A stretch of 47,253 nucleotides of DNA, from the NCBI GenBank assembly GCA_032718475.1, contig JAUCBJ010005287.1, positions 1 to 47,253 on the forward strand, read 5' to 3'. A program made the position numbers and the translations under genes. This DNA comes from Nemertoderma westbladi. Taxonomy: Eukaryota > Animalia > Xenacoelomorpha. Below, in pieces: positions 21,363-35,124 of the stretch. The notes beneath the pieces are model-generated. The model did no database searches and was not told the origin of the DNA. It was given only the letters and a program-made list of their open reading frames with translations. Position 1 is the stretch's first letter. Every line of letters starts with the position of its first letter.

Positions 21363-23086
21363 ATTAATTATATTCGCATAGTAGACTATCACTAGTGTGA
21401 ATCACTCATGGTCATGTTGCACTAATTAATTGATAGTAACATAATAACAAACAAATAATCCTCAACATGCCAGCAGCTTGGGGTGGAGGGGCACCCCTCC
21501 TCCACCCAATATGTCATCACAAACACATCAACCAAACTTACGATATTTTTTTTATTGAAAACGTACTACATTGTCCTGAACATTCTTCACTGCTAGTAAA
21601 CTCAACTCGAAATTACTGAAATATTGGCTATGGTTGGTTCATTAGTCGCTGTTCTTCAACAGCTGATTGCCCAACAATGGTGTGTATTAAACACATTGCC
21701 TTCAATTCATTTCTCTCAGGAGGACGAGTTTTTGTTTCGGCACGAATGCTTTAAGTGACTAGCCAGGGCGCCTATCTATCTACAGTATCTACCTTCCATC
21801 CTTAAATGGTAAGTTAAATGAGTACTGGAGTTTTCTCTGGAAATGAGTACTGGAGTATAGTTCTGGGGGGACCGCACTGGAAATTAGTCGTCATACTTTG
21901 TGCGTAATCTGTACTAATTGCCCCACAAAAAAAATTATTTTACTGTAAATGTGGCGCAAATTAAAATATTATGGTAGGTAGGTAACCTTACTATTAAACT
22001 TATTACACCACACGTGACATTTTACTTCTATTGTGAGAAATTATTTGTTTAGATATAATAAAATAAAAATGACATTTCACCAACACAGAATCATTGTTTT
22101 GCGTAATGCAGCCTCTTTCCCGGTCGTCTTCTTATTTATATCATCACACTGATCTCTTCTCGAAACTTTGGAATCCTTTTACATCACTTTATATGTATCT
22201 CAAGAGGAAGGTTAATGGATCAGGATGGTTACTGCCGAGCTGCAGATGCACACCGCATCGTGTACCCATATCGGGATCGCTACTTTCGAGAAACAAACCC
22301 AGAATTAGTTCATTGAGCAAAACATAGATACTGAGAGGAGATAAGGAACCCTGGAACTACGTATAATATTGGGCCAGGCGCGGTTACAAATTAAGTTATC
22401 TATAGTTATAAAGATCATATGTAGGGGTATGGGTCTTTGTGGTTCTTTTTATAACTGTGGCACAAATGGCTACTTATATTTTGTTAACAGGACCTCTTGG
22501 TATTCGGATTGAGGTTGAACTACCAGGACCTCCATTTACGAGATGACGTGTTTTATATGAACTCCGTATGAACTCTATATGAACTATGGACTGAATACCG
22601 ATATATTTAGGATGCAGGCGGGTGGTGGATGATTTATATATTCATTTACAGTAACTACATTTTGTACGTGCATACAATTTTGACGGTGGATCAACAAACA
22701 AGGTCGACCAAAATGTCGACCCAGTGAAATTGATAAAGGTCCGTGTTACTGCACGTCTAGGAAACTAACCATCTATCCGTGAGAAAATATTAGTGCTCAG
22801 CTGATGGAGAGGAACTACATTAAAATATTTATCTTACATTCGAACGGATTTCACACACTTGATTGACGGTATCGTGGGAAGCACCAATAAATAGGACTAC
22901 CGATAACTAACGACTTATAAAGCTAGTCATGGAATACAATATATAAAATAATAAATGGTTTTTGTAATTTTGTAAATGGTTTTTAAAATGATAAATAATT
23001 TCTTGTATTAAATTGACTGGTTTTATATTTATCTTATCAGCTGATCTTGAAATTATGTCCAGCTTGAATATCACGTTACGAAAACA

Positions 23087-25145
23087 TTATTCACTGGAAC
23101 TACTGGAAGACGATGTAACATATTCTTTGCCCTTAATAACTTTCAGCCATTGGTTCCTGACTTCTCTACTTTCAAACCAAAAGTTATCCTCTCTATTGCC
23201 CCTTTTCATTGTTAATTGAATTCCGTGTTCTAACGATATCCCTCGATTTGTGGTCAACGTAGATTTCGGTTGAATTGGTTCCGCCGTGAACTCTTCTAGG
23301 GCGTAGATTTTGGTTATGTCTTTCGGTATTAGCGAACTATCTCGGGTCAAACTCAATACGTTTCTATTCAGCCCGGTGGATTTAATTTCTCCCCAATATG
23401 CCCTAACTTTTCGGCCTTTAATATCTTTGTAGATGAGTCCTTCCTTTATAAATCCCAATAGTCGCTATAACAATAAAAACGTTATATAAAGAATGTAATA
23501 ATGGTAAATGAATAACTGCACCAAATAAGAGGAAAATCGCGCCAACACTTTTTGCTATACAGTATTATTATTCACTTGTCCTTCAGCGCTTCAGGAGTGT
23601 GAGTTTTGCAGGGACTTGTTACACTATATAGCAGTACAGACACTACTTCCGGGCGGACTTTATTTATACCCATGTGAACGACCCAACAGGTAGTTGTGCG
23701 CTAAACCGCGCGGTTTACCGCAGCCCATTTAAACAATCAATGTTAAAACAATTAATGTAATTTCCTGTTGAATTTACAGTCCACAGATAGACAACCAGTT
23801 ACGGCAACGGTAACGTTGGGTGTGAACGGGCTTCGGGTAGTGTACCGCTGGCTTACCGCTTCAATACCGCCAGACTACTTTACCGCTCACGCACCATTGG
23901 ATGTGAACGGGGCTATAGGGAGCTTTGTGAAAGAATTCTACATCACCATAGGGCTGGGCTACAACACGTACACTGTGCAGTAAACACTGACGGCTCAAAA
24001 CCAGTTGGGGGACCAGGGAATCCAAAATTAGCCACAATGAATGTTATCGTCGCATAGATAGACCAGAATAGGATACTACAGTACATGTTCTAGACGGCTG
24101 ATTAGTCTTTAGCTACCATCTAATCTAAAGCTTCTGATATTAAACCTAGAGGCTGCCAAGTGTATTGGTGATGTTCCTCTATACCTATGCTACTACTTTT
24201 ATACTACAGTACCTCAACCTCTCCTTGACATGTAGTATCGCAGATGATGTACAGTAGTGTCTGAACTGCCTGGTGCCTAGGAATGTTTGATGTAGGCAAT
24301 TTTTTTAAATCACAATGAAGTCTCACTCTAGATTGCAGCTATGAGGCAATAAATATCCGGCGGATGTAGTTGAAAGTATTTAATTATTAGCAATTCCTGT
24401 TCCACTTACATAGGAAACACCAACTACTTCATACAAGATATCTTGAAAACGAAAAAAAAAATGAAAAACTCTTTGCAGATTTGGAATCAAAATTAAATTC
24501 TGATTCATATAGGATATTATTGTTTGTCGCAAATTCGACTGACACAACCCTCCCCCCCTCCCCACTCAGCAACATATGTAAGTAATGTAAATAATTATAA
24601 ATATGTTATGTAAAGTCTAATAAATTTCAAGCGATTTCATAATTAAATATTGAACTTGCCAGTGTAGATTCGTCTATTGAGTTGTTGATGTTTAGAACAA
24701 TGAATGAGGACAATATGGCAACATCATATTTGTGTGCAGCTTGTACGTTAATTCGAAATTTGTTATCATCCTCCCTAAAGATTGAAATCCCACCACCGTG
24801 ACCTTTTGAAAGAACCGTCCCATCAAAACGATTCGTTCGATATACCGTAGTAGGGCCTCTACGCAATGTCAATAACCACTCGACGAATGCAGTTTTTTGG
24901 TCAAATCTGAACATTAACATTCGCTCATTTGGTACGTTTTCCTCTAAAAAGCCTTCGGACATTGCTTTACAATCCACAGTGAATGTTTCCAGACCAGCTG
25001 TCGCTTTGTGATAAGATAGTAACAGATCTTGTGAGGTTACCCAGAATGTTGAACCTTTCATTGCAAGCAGGCTTTCTCTACCTTCATCTTCTCTTATGCG
25101 TGGCATTTTATTTGCCTTCTTGAATTTTGTTACAGTAATTGACAT
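23087..25145 (-). CDS. Two-exon gene, paralogue 1: unknown N-terminal domain plus C-terminal PH domain (about 287 aa)
   Basis: join(complement 24660-25145, 23087-23464); phase-0 donor CTG|gcaagt (GC type) and acceptor ttatag|CGA; PH hallmarks IKEGLIYK and FESREVRNQWLKVI. Confidence 0.7.
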
Positions 25146-25161
25146 TTTTATACTATTGTAT

Positions 25162-25240
25162 TTGATAAGTGCAGTAAAATCTTCCGTGTTAAATTTTTAT
25201 ATAGCAAAACTAAGATTCAATCTAATTTGTTGCTTTGTCT
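25162..25240 (-). promoter_or_regulatory. Putative core promoter of PH paralogue 1 (TATA box)
   Basis: TATATAAAA at 25195-25203 on the minus strand, about 50 nt upstream of the ATG; flanking blocks (TGATAAGT.CAGTA.AATCTTCC, CTAAGA.TCAAT, TTGTTGCTTTGT) recur upstream of paralogue 2 at 38341-38406. Confidence 0.55.
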
Positions 25241-25804
25241 TAATCTGAATTGTGATACATGTTTTTATAAATTGCATATCTTTCACTATATACAGTAAAG
25301 TGCCCAAGTGTTTAATAAGGTCGGTTCACACTATGTAGACATATATAGCATACAGTATATATTAGTATAAATTAGGTATATATTCAACTTAATGTTTTAG
25401 AACCTCCAATGTATCGAAAAACATTCCACTATGGAACGTTTCACACATACTCTCGTGTGATACATTTTTAACGATCATTCTTTATAGATATGCGGTGTAT
25501 TATTCATATTGTCCATATATCTACTGGCTTATTTTACAGAATATTAAAATTAATATATATATAGGTTTACAGTAAATATTGCAGTCATGAGTGAGTCATT
25601 CAACCGTTTATATTGATTGATTGCCTATCAAACATTTGAATTTTATAAAACAGTGAGAACCATAAAGCTACCCATAACTCAATTGGTGGAGTAGGAATTC
25701 TGCTAAGCCCATTTGCACTGCAAACCTCAAACAACATTGAATCTATAAATTCTGGCGTCATGATTGCAACATTTGATGGGAATCCAAAGACAACAGTCTG
25801 AAAC

Positions 25805-25931
25805 ACAATGTCAAAGTCATTGCTGTTGACATGAATGCGCAAATTGGCCCAGAAGACATCAAGGGTTACACAAATAACACCAATTCGAATAGAAATGGGT
25901 ACTTACTCTTAGACCTAATGGAATAATGTGA
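25805..25931 (+). mobile_element. Fragment of the same RTE family (APE region)
   Basis: Close match to about 11358-11484. Confidence 0.85.
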
Positions 25932-26406
25932 AAATATAAGTAAAAATATTCAAAATATCTACTACTGCACTACCAAAGCAATCGTAAGACAAGGCTTTTT
26001 CAGACCTTCGTCTTATTTTCAAACCTTCGAACCAATACCTCTGCATGGAATTTGAAGAATTTTCCACAGTATAATCAGTTTTTCGATTTACTCGCTTAAA
26101 GATACGTATAATAAAATAATACACGCAAAGATAGGTGGAATATTTAGTACTGTAGTAAATTTAGTAGCGAAATGCCAAGCCTATCAAACAAAAGTGACAC
26201 AAAGCATCGTAATGCCCTGCTTTTCTTCTTCAATTTTATATACTATATGATTAAATTTATTTTTGTCAACTCGAGTAGCACAACTTCTAATTAATGGTAT
26301 TTTACTCTACAGCAATAATAAATCTTCGACTTCTAAATAATGACTTCTTATAACAGCTGATCGAGGTATTCTACAATGTAGTGAGGAGGAGGCCTTGTAT
26401 TACGAT

Positions 26407-26441
26407 CCCTGACGATACCCCAACGGGGAGAAATATATAGG
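26407..26441 (+). ncRNA. Minimal hammerhead-ribozyme-like motif (Penelope pLTR type)
   Basis: CC-CTGACGA-TA-CCCC-AAC-GGGG-A-GAAA-TATAT-A-GG: catalytic core boxes, stem II and palindromic stem III; stem I is only 2 bp. Confidence 0.4.
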
Positions 26442-26524
26442 CCGTTGTTTAAATTATCTTTTAATTGTCTTCCGGGGCTATAAAACTCCTGTTCCACCAA
26501 CCCCTTGTATTACGATGGCTTAGA

Positions 26525-26937
26525 TAGTGCTAGGACGAGCGAACTCAGACAGTGGAAATGAAATCATTCCAGGCTTCCCGATTCTCCATAGTTGTCGCAA
26601 TTTCGTTTCTCTCAAGTCCAGTACCCCTTTCAAGTTGGTCTATAGCCGGTCGTCCACGGCTACGCGTTCCTTGTGTTGGTTGGTCCTTGTCTTGAACTTA
26701 GAAGTAGATCGGGTATACCTCATGTTTACTTCTTCAGCAGTGCCCACTGAATTATAATCGGCTTTCATGGATGGTGGTGGATACAGATGGTATTGCACCA
26801 TAAAACTCTGCGTTGACACGTGTTGTCTCCAGCTGATGTTTAGGGCTGCCCTTAGTAGTCTTGTGTAGCAATCATCAATTCGGCGTTCAAGTGATTTAGT
26901 CATTGTCCAGGTCTCACCCCCGTATAAAAAGTACACA
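26525..26937 (-). mobile_element. 3' fragment of the same RTE family
   Basis: [37 protein letters not shown]; diverged reverse complement of about 13378-13786. Confidence 0.9.
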
Positions 26938-27838
26938 GGCACTTTTGGCAAGGAACTAGGACAATAACATTCTTCTAGAACATTCACCAATATATAAAAA
27001 AAAACACATAAAAACGCAAAAAAATCAATGTTCAAAAATGTTCACACAAGCTATACTAGTGCCAAAACAATATCTATCACTACTATGATAAAGACAAAAA
27101 TCATAATTAGACTGTAATAAACGATTAAAAACACATTTAATGAATACAGATTTGGTGTACATGTAGGGTAGTTATTTGTTTCAGAGACAAGTTGTTATGG
27201 ATGTCAACCCAAATATGAAAATAAATAGATATATAAAATCTTATTATATTTTCCAAGAATACCGAGCTTACTTCATATCATAAATCAGTATATCACATAA
27301 CTGAAGTACTGATCAGATACTGTATAACCGCATCTGACTAACGATACCGGTAATCATAAAAAAAAGGTCCACTATAAATGCGATATATTTTGCACACAAG
27401 TTGCAGCAATTAATGTAATGTCACGGGGGGATTATGAACTTAATTAAGAAATCAATTAATTAATATATATCATCCAAAATTTTTTGAAAATTATGTTATA
27501 CTAATTTTAACCTAACTAATATTATAGCAAGAAATATTAGAACAAAATGCATTTAATAAATTTTAGTATCGGTACGCATACTGTATTGCACTTGTTCTTA
27601 GTACTCACTACTAGGTGGTAGGCCTACCTACTAAAATTTTGTTAGATCGTGTTGATGGTAGATCAAGTTGCATCCTAGCTATCAATATAAAAATAATATT
27701 CAAGAACAAATATTTTTTGTTACCAAGGTTTTAATCTTTTTTAGATTTAAGTGGTCTCACATCCATGGTTGATTTTAATTTCGTACGTGTTAAACGGAAC
27801 AATGGATGGGGAGAAAAATAGAAAAACATTATTGTTTT

Positions 27839-27877
27839 GCTATATTTCGGACACCTTACGGTAGACCGTCGTCAGGC
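27839..27877 (-). ncRNA. Second minimal hammerhead-like motif
   Basis: Minus strand: GC-CTGACGA-C-GG-TCT-ACC-GTAA-GGT-GT-CC-GAAA-TAT-A-GC. Confidence 0.4.
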
Positions 27878-28234
27878 TTTAATTTAATTTAATTATACAA
27901 CAGAACAACAGATTATAAGAACTGCAAATGTTTAAAATTCCCGCCAACGAAATAGCACTGAAATTAGAAGCAAGACTAGAAAATAGACAAAACGAGACCA
28001 TGCGAAAACTAAACTCGGAAAATAACAGTAGAAATGAAAGGATAGAGGCGATAATTCGTAATTAAATACTTAGTTTGTCAAATTAAATTTACAAAATCCA
28101 CCAAAAGGAAAGATTAAAGTAATTAAACGATATATTAATGGGTTTAAAGTGCAAATTGGAAAATAACTTGAAACCGACCACATAAATCAGTAAATAGATA
28201 ACCAGACCATCATACATGGTCTGGTGATTCCGCA

Positions 28235-28305
28235 AGTCTGTGAGACTGCACGTCTGTGAGAATGCACGTCTGTGAGTCTGCACGTCTGTGAGATTGCACA
28301 TCTGT
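28235..28305. repeat. 16-bp short tandem repeat, about 4.5 copies
   Basis: GTCTGTGAG.(A/C/T)TGCAC repeated. Confidence 0.85.
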
Positions 28306-29277
28306 GGCGTTTCATTCCCTAGGCAACGACTTGGTATGGTGGGATGTGGGAACGATTGGTCAGATGTACCAAACAAGCCTTGGAATGAATCTACGTAAAT
28401 CTCTAATAACTATCAGTGAACTCAGCATATTAATTGTCAAAATAAAAGAAAAACTTAAAGATCGTCCTTGACGTAGTATCAACCGATTACAGTGATCCCT
28501 TACCTCTTACCTCATCTCAACTTAGGCATGGGTTTCGCCTAAGAAGTCTTCCAGACATTAACAATTACCCTGAAAAAGACAGCGATCCATCATATAAACC
28601 CCTAGAGACTCAAAATAATCTTCGAGAGAATTTCCTGCATCTCCATTATATTCTTCAATCATACTGGACAAGATGGTCCGCAGAGTTCTTAGCATCTCTT
28701 CGTGAGTTCCATCGTTGCAGTTCATGGTCTGGTCCTCCTGTGAGGATAGGATATGTCATAATGATTGAAAGAGATATTCACACTCCAAGACTCCAGTGGA
28801 GGCATGGTAGAATTACCGCTCTCCACCCAGGTATAGAGGGGTCAGTTTGATCTGTCACTCCATAGTGCGGAGGTGTTGGTTGAACTTCCGATGCGGTTTG
28901 TTGTTTGTGTTGTCGTGTCGCATACAATATGGGGTATGGAGCTACTTCGAGGTTTAGTTGCCAACATCGTCTTTCTCGAATTTCGGCGGCGTCACTACAT
29001 TGCTCAGATCTAATGCCTACCATAGGTTTTCGCTTATTATAATGTGCGATTGTCTACTGTATATTTGTTGGGTTATGGATTCAGATGTCACTCCCATCCT
29101 GTGAGCAATTGTACATACAGTAGTTTACTACGCCTTGCAACCCGTAGATGGCGCTAGGCTAGTATTATCATTAGATTTCTTGCTGTAGTACTGTACACCG
29201 TGGCCTACATGAAGCCACGGCCCTACTATAGTTGGTGTACCGGTACCATATATTATATGCGATATATGCATGATACA

Positions 29278-31050
29278 TGGCGCAGTAATGTGTAGGATCA
29301 CCCTAGCGGTTCCCTGAACCCATCCTCCCTCCCGCAGCACTAGTAAATAGGGATTGAAACACACCGGACCGTCACGGGTGCCTCATGGCCTTCACCTTCC
29401 CTCCCCACTAAACTCATCCGGGACTGATAAGGATTTTTCCTCTCCCCGATGCCATGCAAGAAACCACAGCGAGACTGCAGTGATTCCAACATGGATGAGG
29501 CTTGAGACAACGGCCCATGCCGGCCGTCCCATGCCGCGCCCCATGCAACCAACCCACTGAACTCGCGTCGCTTAATCGACACCTCTTCGATGGACAAAGT
29601 GGACTGTGAGATGTCCTATGCCACCTTCCGACGGTGGTGCGCCGCCTGGCAGGTGAACTGCCAGCACCAACAGGTTGACACCTACCCTGACAGACTCAGG
29701 TCTACTCCCTCCTCGCAGCACTCGGGATGGCGATACAGGAAATGATCTGGGTTACCCTGTGGATCGAAATAAATGACCCGAATACGGACATGGCACTCAT
29801 CCTCGACGCAATCCAAACTCACCTTTGGGACAAAAGATCCGTCGCGGTGGATCGGATCGCCTTCCACTGCCGCATCCAGCATGCAAACAAATCCTTTGAC
29901 TCGTTCCGCGTCATGCTGGAGGAGCTGGCCGATGACACGCGGCTCTGCGAGCACTGCCGCAATGACCAGTTCGTAATGCAGATCCTCATCGGCATCCGCA
30001 ACAAGGAGACCCAACGCAATCTCTTGGAAATCCTACCCCAACCAATGCTGGATCAATGCGTGACAATGTGCCAAACATTCAAGGCTAGCGGACGGAATGA
30101 TGCCATCCTCGGCTCAGCAGTGATCTCAAAACTCTCCCAACATAAAACAGATAAACGGGCCTCGACAGAGCCCCAATGGGAACGAGGTTGCCATCGCCGC
30201 AATGATCACTGCAAACAGCGGAATCTCAGTGCACTCCCCAAGCCACGGTCGCAATTGCGCGAACACAAAGTTGGGCGCGAACTGCGGGCGTTGACATCCG
30301 GTGGGGATATACAACTGCCCCGCCCACGGGTCTACCTGCAGTGGATGCAGCAAGACAGGCCATTTCCGGAACGTCTGCCAGTCCATACCACCAACCTGCG
30401 ACCCCAAACCCAGCGGACTGAACTCGGTATTTGTCAACAAACTAAACCAGTGCGACTACTGTGGGACGACCTGCTCTTTGAAAAACATTACCGTTAAACT
30501 ATCTCTCCCGGGGGGCGCTGATTTGGGATCCATCGCACACACGCTCCCAGACAAGGGAGCTGCCGCCACCATCATTAATGAACAGTTGTTATACCAGAGC
30601 GGAGGCCAATGCAAGGATGTATCAACGTCCCACAACATCGGCCTACTCACGGCTGACAACCTCCCTCTCACTACAGAAGGGCAGGCATCGATCCGCATCG
30701 ACTATGGGACACAGAGCCATACGAGCGACATTGTCTTGTCACCTGAGGTCGATGGGTTAATTCTCTTCCTCGCGGCCTGCCAGGCATTGGGAATCTTTCC
30801 CCATGAGTTTCCCCAGCAAATTGCCTCCCTTCCTCGTGCGGTGGTCTCACCCTCCCACGAATCGAACCCCATAGCGCTCACCAAACCCAGCAAGGATGAT
30901 GCTGACTTCCAGACCGCAATCTCAGAGAGATTCGCGGATGTGTTCGACGAGCGAAATGGCTTCCTCCCATGCATGGTGGGCCCCCCATGCATATTTCCCT
31001 CATGCCCAACGCGGTCCGATTCTACGTCAATGGCCCGCGTGTTTTTCCGA
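29278..31050 (+). mobile_element. Degenerate Ty3/Gypsy 5' half (PBS, gag, protease), Mag-like
   Basis: ...ATACA|TGGCGCAGT LTR/PBS-like junction at 29277/29278; gag core (DRIAFHCRIQ, QILIGIRN); twin zinc knuckles NCGR*H...CPAHGSTCSGCSKTGHFRNVC; degenerate protease LPDKGA; breaks off before RT. Confidence 0.85.
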
Positions 31051-33843
31051 CATCATCCATGATCCCTTCTGAGTGTGTGTTCTGTGTACCGCCTTCATGT
31101 CCTTCTTGTCGGGATATTACTGTATTATGGCTCTGTGAGCCCTTTTCTTGCTCTCGTCTGTTGCTGCCAGGATTCTGTGCCATTGTATGGCACTCCTGAT
31201 TCCTTTTGGTTTGCAGTGAGAAATCCTAGTCAGCTGTTATCCTGGCTACTTCCTGTGCATCTTGTTCCTGGATTCCAGTAGTCAGTCATACCTGGAATGA
31301 TTTACTTATATTCTGCTTACCTCCAGAAGCCGCTCTATCTACTTTCACACCATTGGCTGTATTATTATTTTTATTAGAATCCCTATTATCTTGTCTACAA
31401 CAGTCGATTATCTTTTGTTCTGTCAGTATTATTTTATTATATAAATTTTTTATTTTTAATTCAGTCATTTTATTTAATCAGTCACATTTATTTGATCTTT
31501 CACACCCATTCTTTACTGAATTGACTCGACTGGGAGATGCTCCAATACTGCGTAACTCCATAGACCACTTTTGTTCTATCTGGCTATTTTTTTTTATTTT
31601 TTTTTAGCCTTTTATGGAGTTCTCTATGATTTTCCTCGCCCTTTAATTCATTTTCTCTCTCCCTTTCCACCCTTTTACGCTCTCTTTCACATTATCTTTG
31701 CTCTCTCATCAACTTTACTTTTCTCAAACTCTCTTAGGACTTCATCCTACTCTGTTTTTGTTATCTCCAATGGCATATATTGTGCTAATGTCTGTGCCTT
31801 CCTGTGTCTTACTATCGATGACATCATGGATCTCATAGAGATACCACTACGTGTACCTTTAGCCTGTACCATGTAGCCTTTAGCCTTTACTATGTACCTG
31901 TAATTTTATTCCTGTTGATTTCATGGAATCCTCAGTATTTACATTCTCTCGATGCGTGGTCATTGACTTCCTGCTCCGCATTTTGCTTATCCTTGGTTGC
32001 ACGCACTAAAAACAGCCCTACTAAAACATACCATAAAATTAATCCTCTACTACTAACTGTCTTTATGCCTTCAAACAACCTGGTGGCTAGTCCCTCAGCC
32101 ATTTTTGCTTCTTCCATCTTTCCTAAATGTTGTAATATCGTAGAAATCCTCATTGTCATCATCGTCATTGGATCAGGACTGCGTTGCATTCGAGCAGGGT
32201 TGGCTGGCCAAATATTTGCGAGGTATTCGCGGATCATCTTTTCTGGTTCTGGTGTCCGATCGGACACACTGGGCCAAACATTTGACACCTCCTCTTCGCG
32301 GACTGTGGTCACCAGGATGTTGATATCCTCCTGGGACGCCCTGCCAGATTCTGCTATCTTCCCCTCTTCTAGCAGCAATTTGTCCTTGCCTTTGATGATG
32401 GATGTGATGGGTATCACAGCCCGACTTGATCTCTGGCTTATCAGCCTGTACAGCACTTAATTCATCCCCCCCCCCCCCCCCATTTGGCTCCCCACTGTGG
32501 AGCTCATTGGTGTGATGATTTTCATTTTACATCTGCTGGTGTTGTCGCAAAGTTATTACTGTTGTGGGATCTATGTTGTTGAATGGAATGAGTTGCTAGG
32601 GTACTAGATACCAAGCGGAGGTGGTAATACGGTGAGGTATTACTGATCAAAGCTTAATAGCTTTGGATCTTTGGTGAAAACTCTACTGGATCCTAAATCT
32701 TTATCTTAAGATATAATGTTTAACAACAGTATGAGAGTAGGTCGCAGACAGATAACAAGTTAATGCCCCAAAGTCCATGCTTATGCGTCGCAATGGCACC
32801 ACATAAACTGAGTAGCTAAGATTCAGTGAAGACAGCCAGCAACTAATTGTGGGGCGAGCAACGAAAGTAAGCGAGCTTAGCATACAGGTACCTGTTGCCT
32901 GTTGTCCAGGTGTCTGTTGTTCTGTCATTCTATTGTTCTGTCGTTCTGTTGTTCTGTAATTCTGTTGTGATCAATTTTAAACGTTAATAACGAAATGTTA
33001 ACAAATGTTAATGAAATCTATCCAAGCTAGGTACACATGAAGTCTGGCAAAAGTTTAGAAATATTCCAAGTTGAATTTCCGTGTGGCCTTCGAGAAGCTA
33101 AGATAATAACAGTTAATTTGTTAATTAAGTTGATTAGGGTAAAAACATCATTTACAAGCCTGTCTTTTAATGGAAATTAATTATTTAAGTATAAGATATA
33201 AATAATTATACTTAAAAGTTATACAGCTGTAATCTCCATACCACATTCCATTAGAGTTTTTAATTAGTTCAAGTGATTTGCTTTTAGAAATGTGTTTTTA
33301 ATTGATCTAAACGTAATAAGTCATCCAAATGCCCTTGTCACTCTATACATCCCTCATACCTTGGCTTACTAGCAATGGCCTATTAGTTGGAACCAATCCA
33401 ATCACCTCATCACTACTACTTGGCAACGGGTAATTACATCTATAGGACATAGGCAAGGCAGGCAATACTAGTGTAAAGTGACTAATAAGCCAGCTTGCTT
33501 ATTACTTATCTCGCAAAATGATTGCATGGAGTATTTAATCACATTCTTTAGAATCATTTGCTAAATAATTCCTTTGAGGTGTTGTTGACCTTATAAATTA
33601 ATATTTCAGTATCAATACTATCGGCATAAGGTAAGGAACAAATTGGATTGCCTCCACAGTCCACACCTAAAAATATATTCCTTTTAAAACACATATTTCC
33701 TGTTAATACCTCTGCCTTTCATTAATCCTCTGTGCTCCTTTGGGTTGGGGTGGTGCAGATTAAAAGGGCGGTTGAAGCGAGGGAGGGAACTTTCCTCTCT
33801 TCTTTGATTTATTCTTATTGGCAGTTTGGTTAAATTTCTTATT

Positions 33844-35124
33844 TAGGGAGGGGTGGGGTTGAATGGGTCGTGGGGCTAAATGGGTCTATTCGATATTTTC
33901 TGTCATATTTCGAAAAATACTTACGATTACCACAATAATTTAATTGTTTCTAGTAGTCTAATAAATTTCCTTTTTATTGACCTATAATATGTTAGCATTT
34001 GAAGTTTACTTCATGTAAATTATTGCTGGTGATAAAAATATATTTTCCCGCCATAAAAACACTCAATTTTGCTAAGCGATTTTATGTGTTCTGGTTAGTG
34101 TGGGACGTTGAGGAATGGATTGCTGAGATTCTCCATTTACCAAGCTATCGTTTCATATATAGTAGTGTATCATGGAGCGTTTTAAACGCGGAGAAACGAT
34201 CAATTTGTGAAACGGGGGAAAATGGGTCTATCTGAATTTTTTAGAGTGGGGTAAAATGGGTCTATCATGATTCAAAAAAACTGACGGGAATTTAAAGCCA
34301 CTGTAGATCGATAGGCCCTGTAAGCGATGGATATTGATTTTAGAGGGAAACTTGAACTAATAAGCAACATACGCTGACGGAATTAACTTCAAGCATAATG
34401 GTGGGGGACTGGATGTTAGTCGAGGTGGCCGGAAGTCGTGGAGGGTCAAAGAATTATGTTTCTAAGGTTATTGAGGTAAATAATGATAACATGGGGATTA
34501 CTGTACATTATGAATCGCGTTTAAAAGCTTGGAACAAGATTGAAGTTAGTGTTACGACGGTTGTACTAACGGATCCACCGGAGTATGGTTGTCATTCATT
34601 CTCGGAGATTAGGAGAAAGTTAAACATACCAGTTGCGACAGGAGGTACTAAACGTGTGCAACGCACGTTTCGCTTTGAAATAAACACCTTCGGAGAGGAA
34701 GAGCTACCACCTTGATTGTTTCTGCCGTGAACTTTTAAATAATATTTAGGACTCTTATTTAGGAGAACATTCTTAATATGACAAAATATAAGTTAAAATG
34801 TATACAATCTATATATAAAATTTTTGCAAATTTTGTTCTGTTTTTCAACGACCCATTCAACCCGCTTTAAATCCCACAATATATAGCTAATTTTGCCAAA
34901 GATTCAACATAGTCCCATTTAACCCCACACTTGATCCATTTTTCCCGACGATTCATTACTTCTAAAAACTGAAATATCTTTCCATAGAATGGCTCTCTAC
35001 TGTCGATTCTTATAAATTCAGAAACTAGAATAATACAATGTTACATTAGATAATGTTTTTATTTCATAATGAATGATCAAAGGCAAAAAAAGTCATTTAA
35101 AAAAAAAATAGACCACTGGGCCCT
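33844..35124 (+). mobile_element. Internally deleted DNA transposon (possibly pogo/DDE_1-like)
   Basis: Repeated GGGG.TAAATGGGTC motifs on the left (33854-33887, 34214-34264) are inverted on the right (34849-34927, 35108). ORF 34398-34715 (VGDWMLVEV...YVSKVIEV) resembles C-terminal extensions I associate with such transposases; family call is tentative. Confidence 0.55.

Noticed and set aside
23087-23458. Stand-alone single-exon PH microproteins (also 35477-35839, 42581-42925)
   Set aside because: ORF starts differ between copies (one is TTG), whereas a phase-0 acceptor is conserved in all three; they are better read as terminal exons.
23660-23915. Complete Harbinger-like MITE (TGTGAACG repeats)
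   Set aside because: Only a right-end-like sequence is visible; no matching left TIR or TSD.
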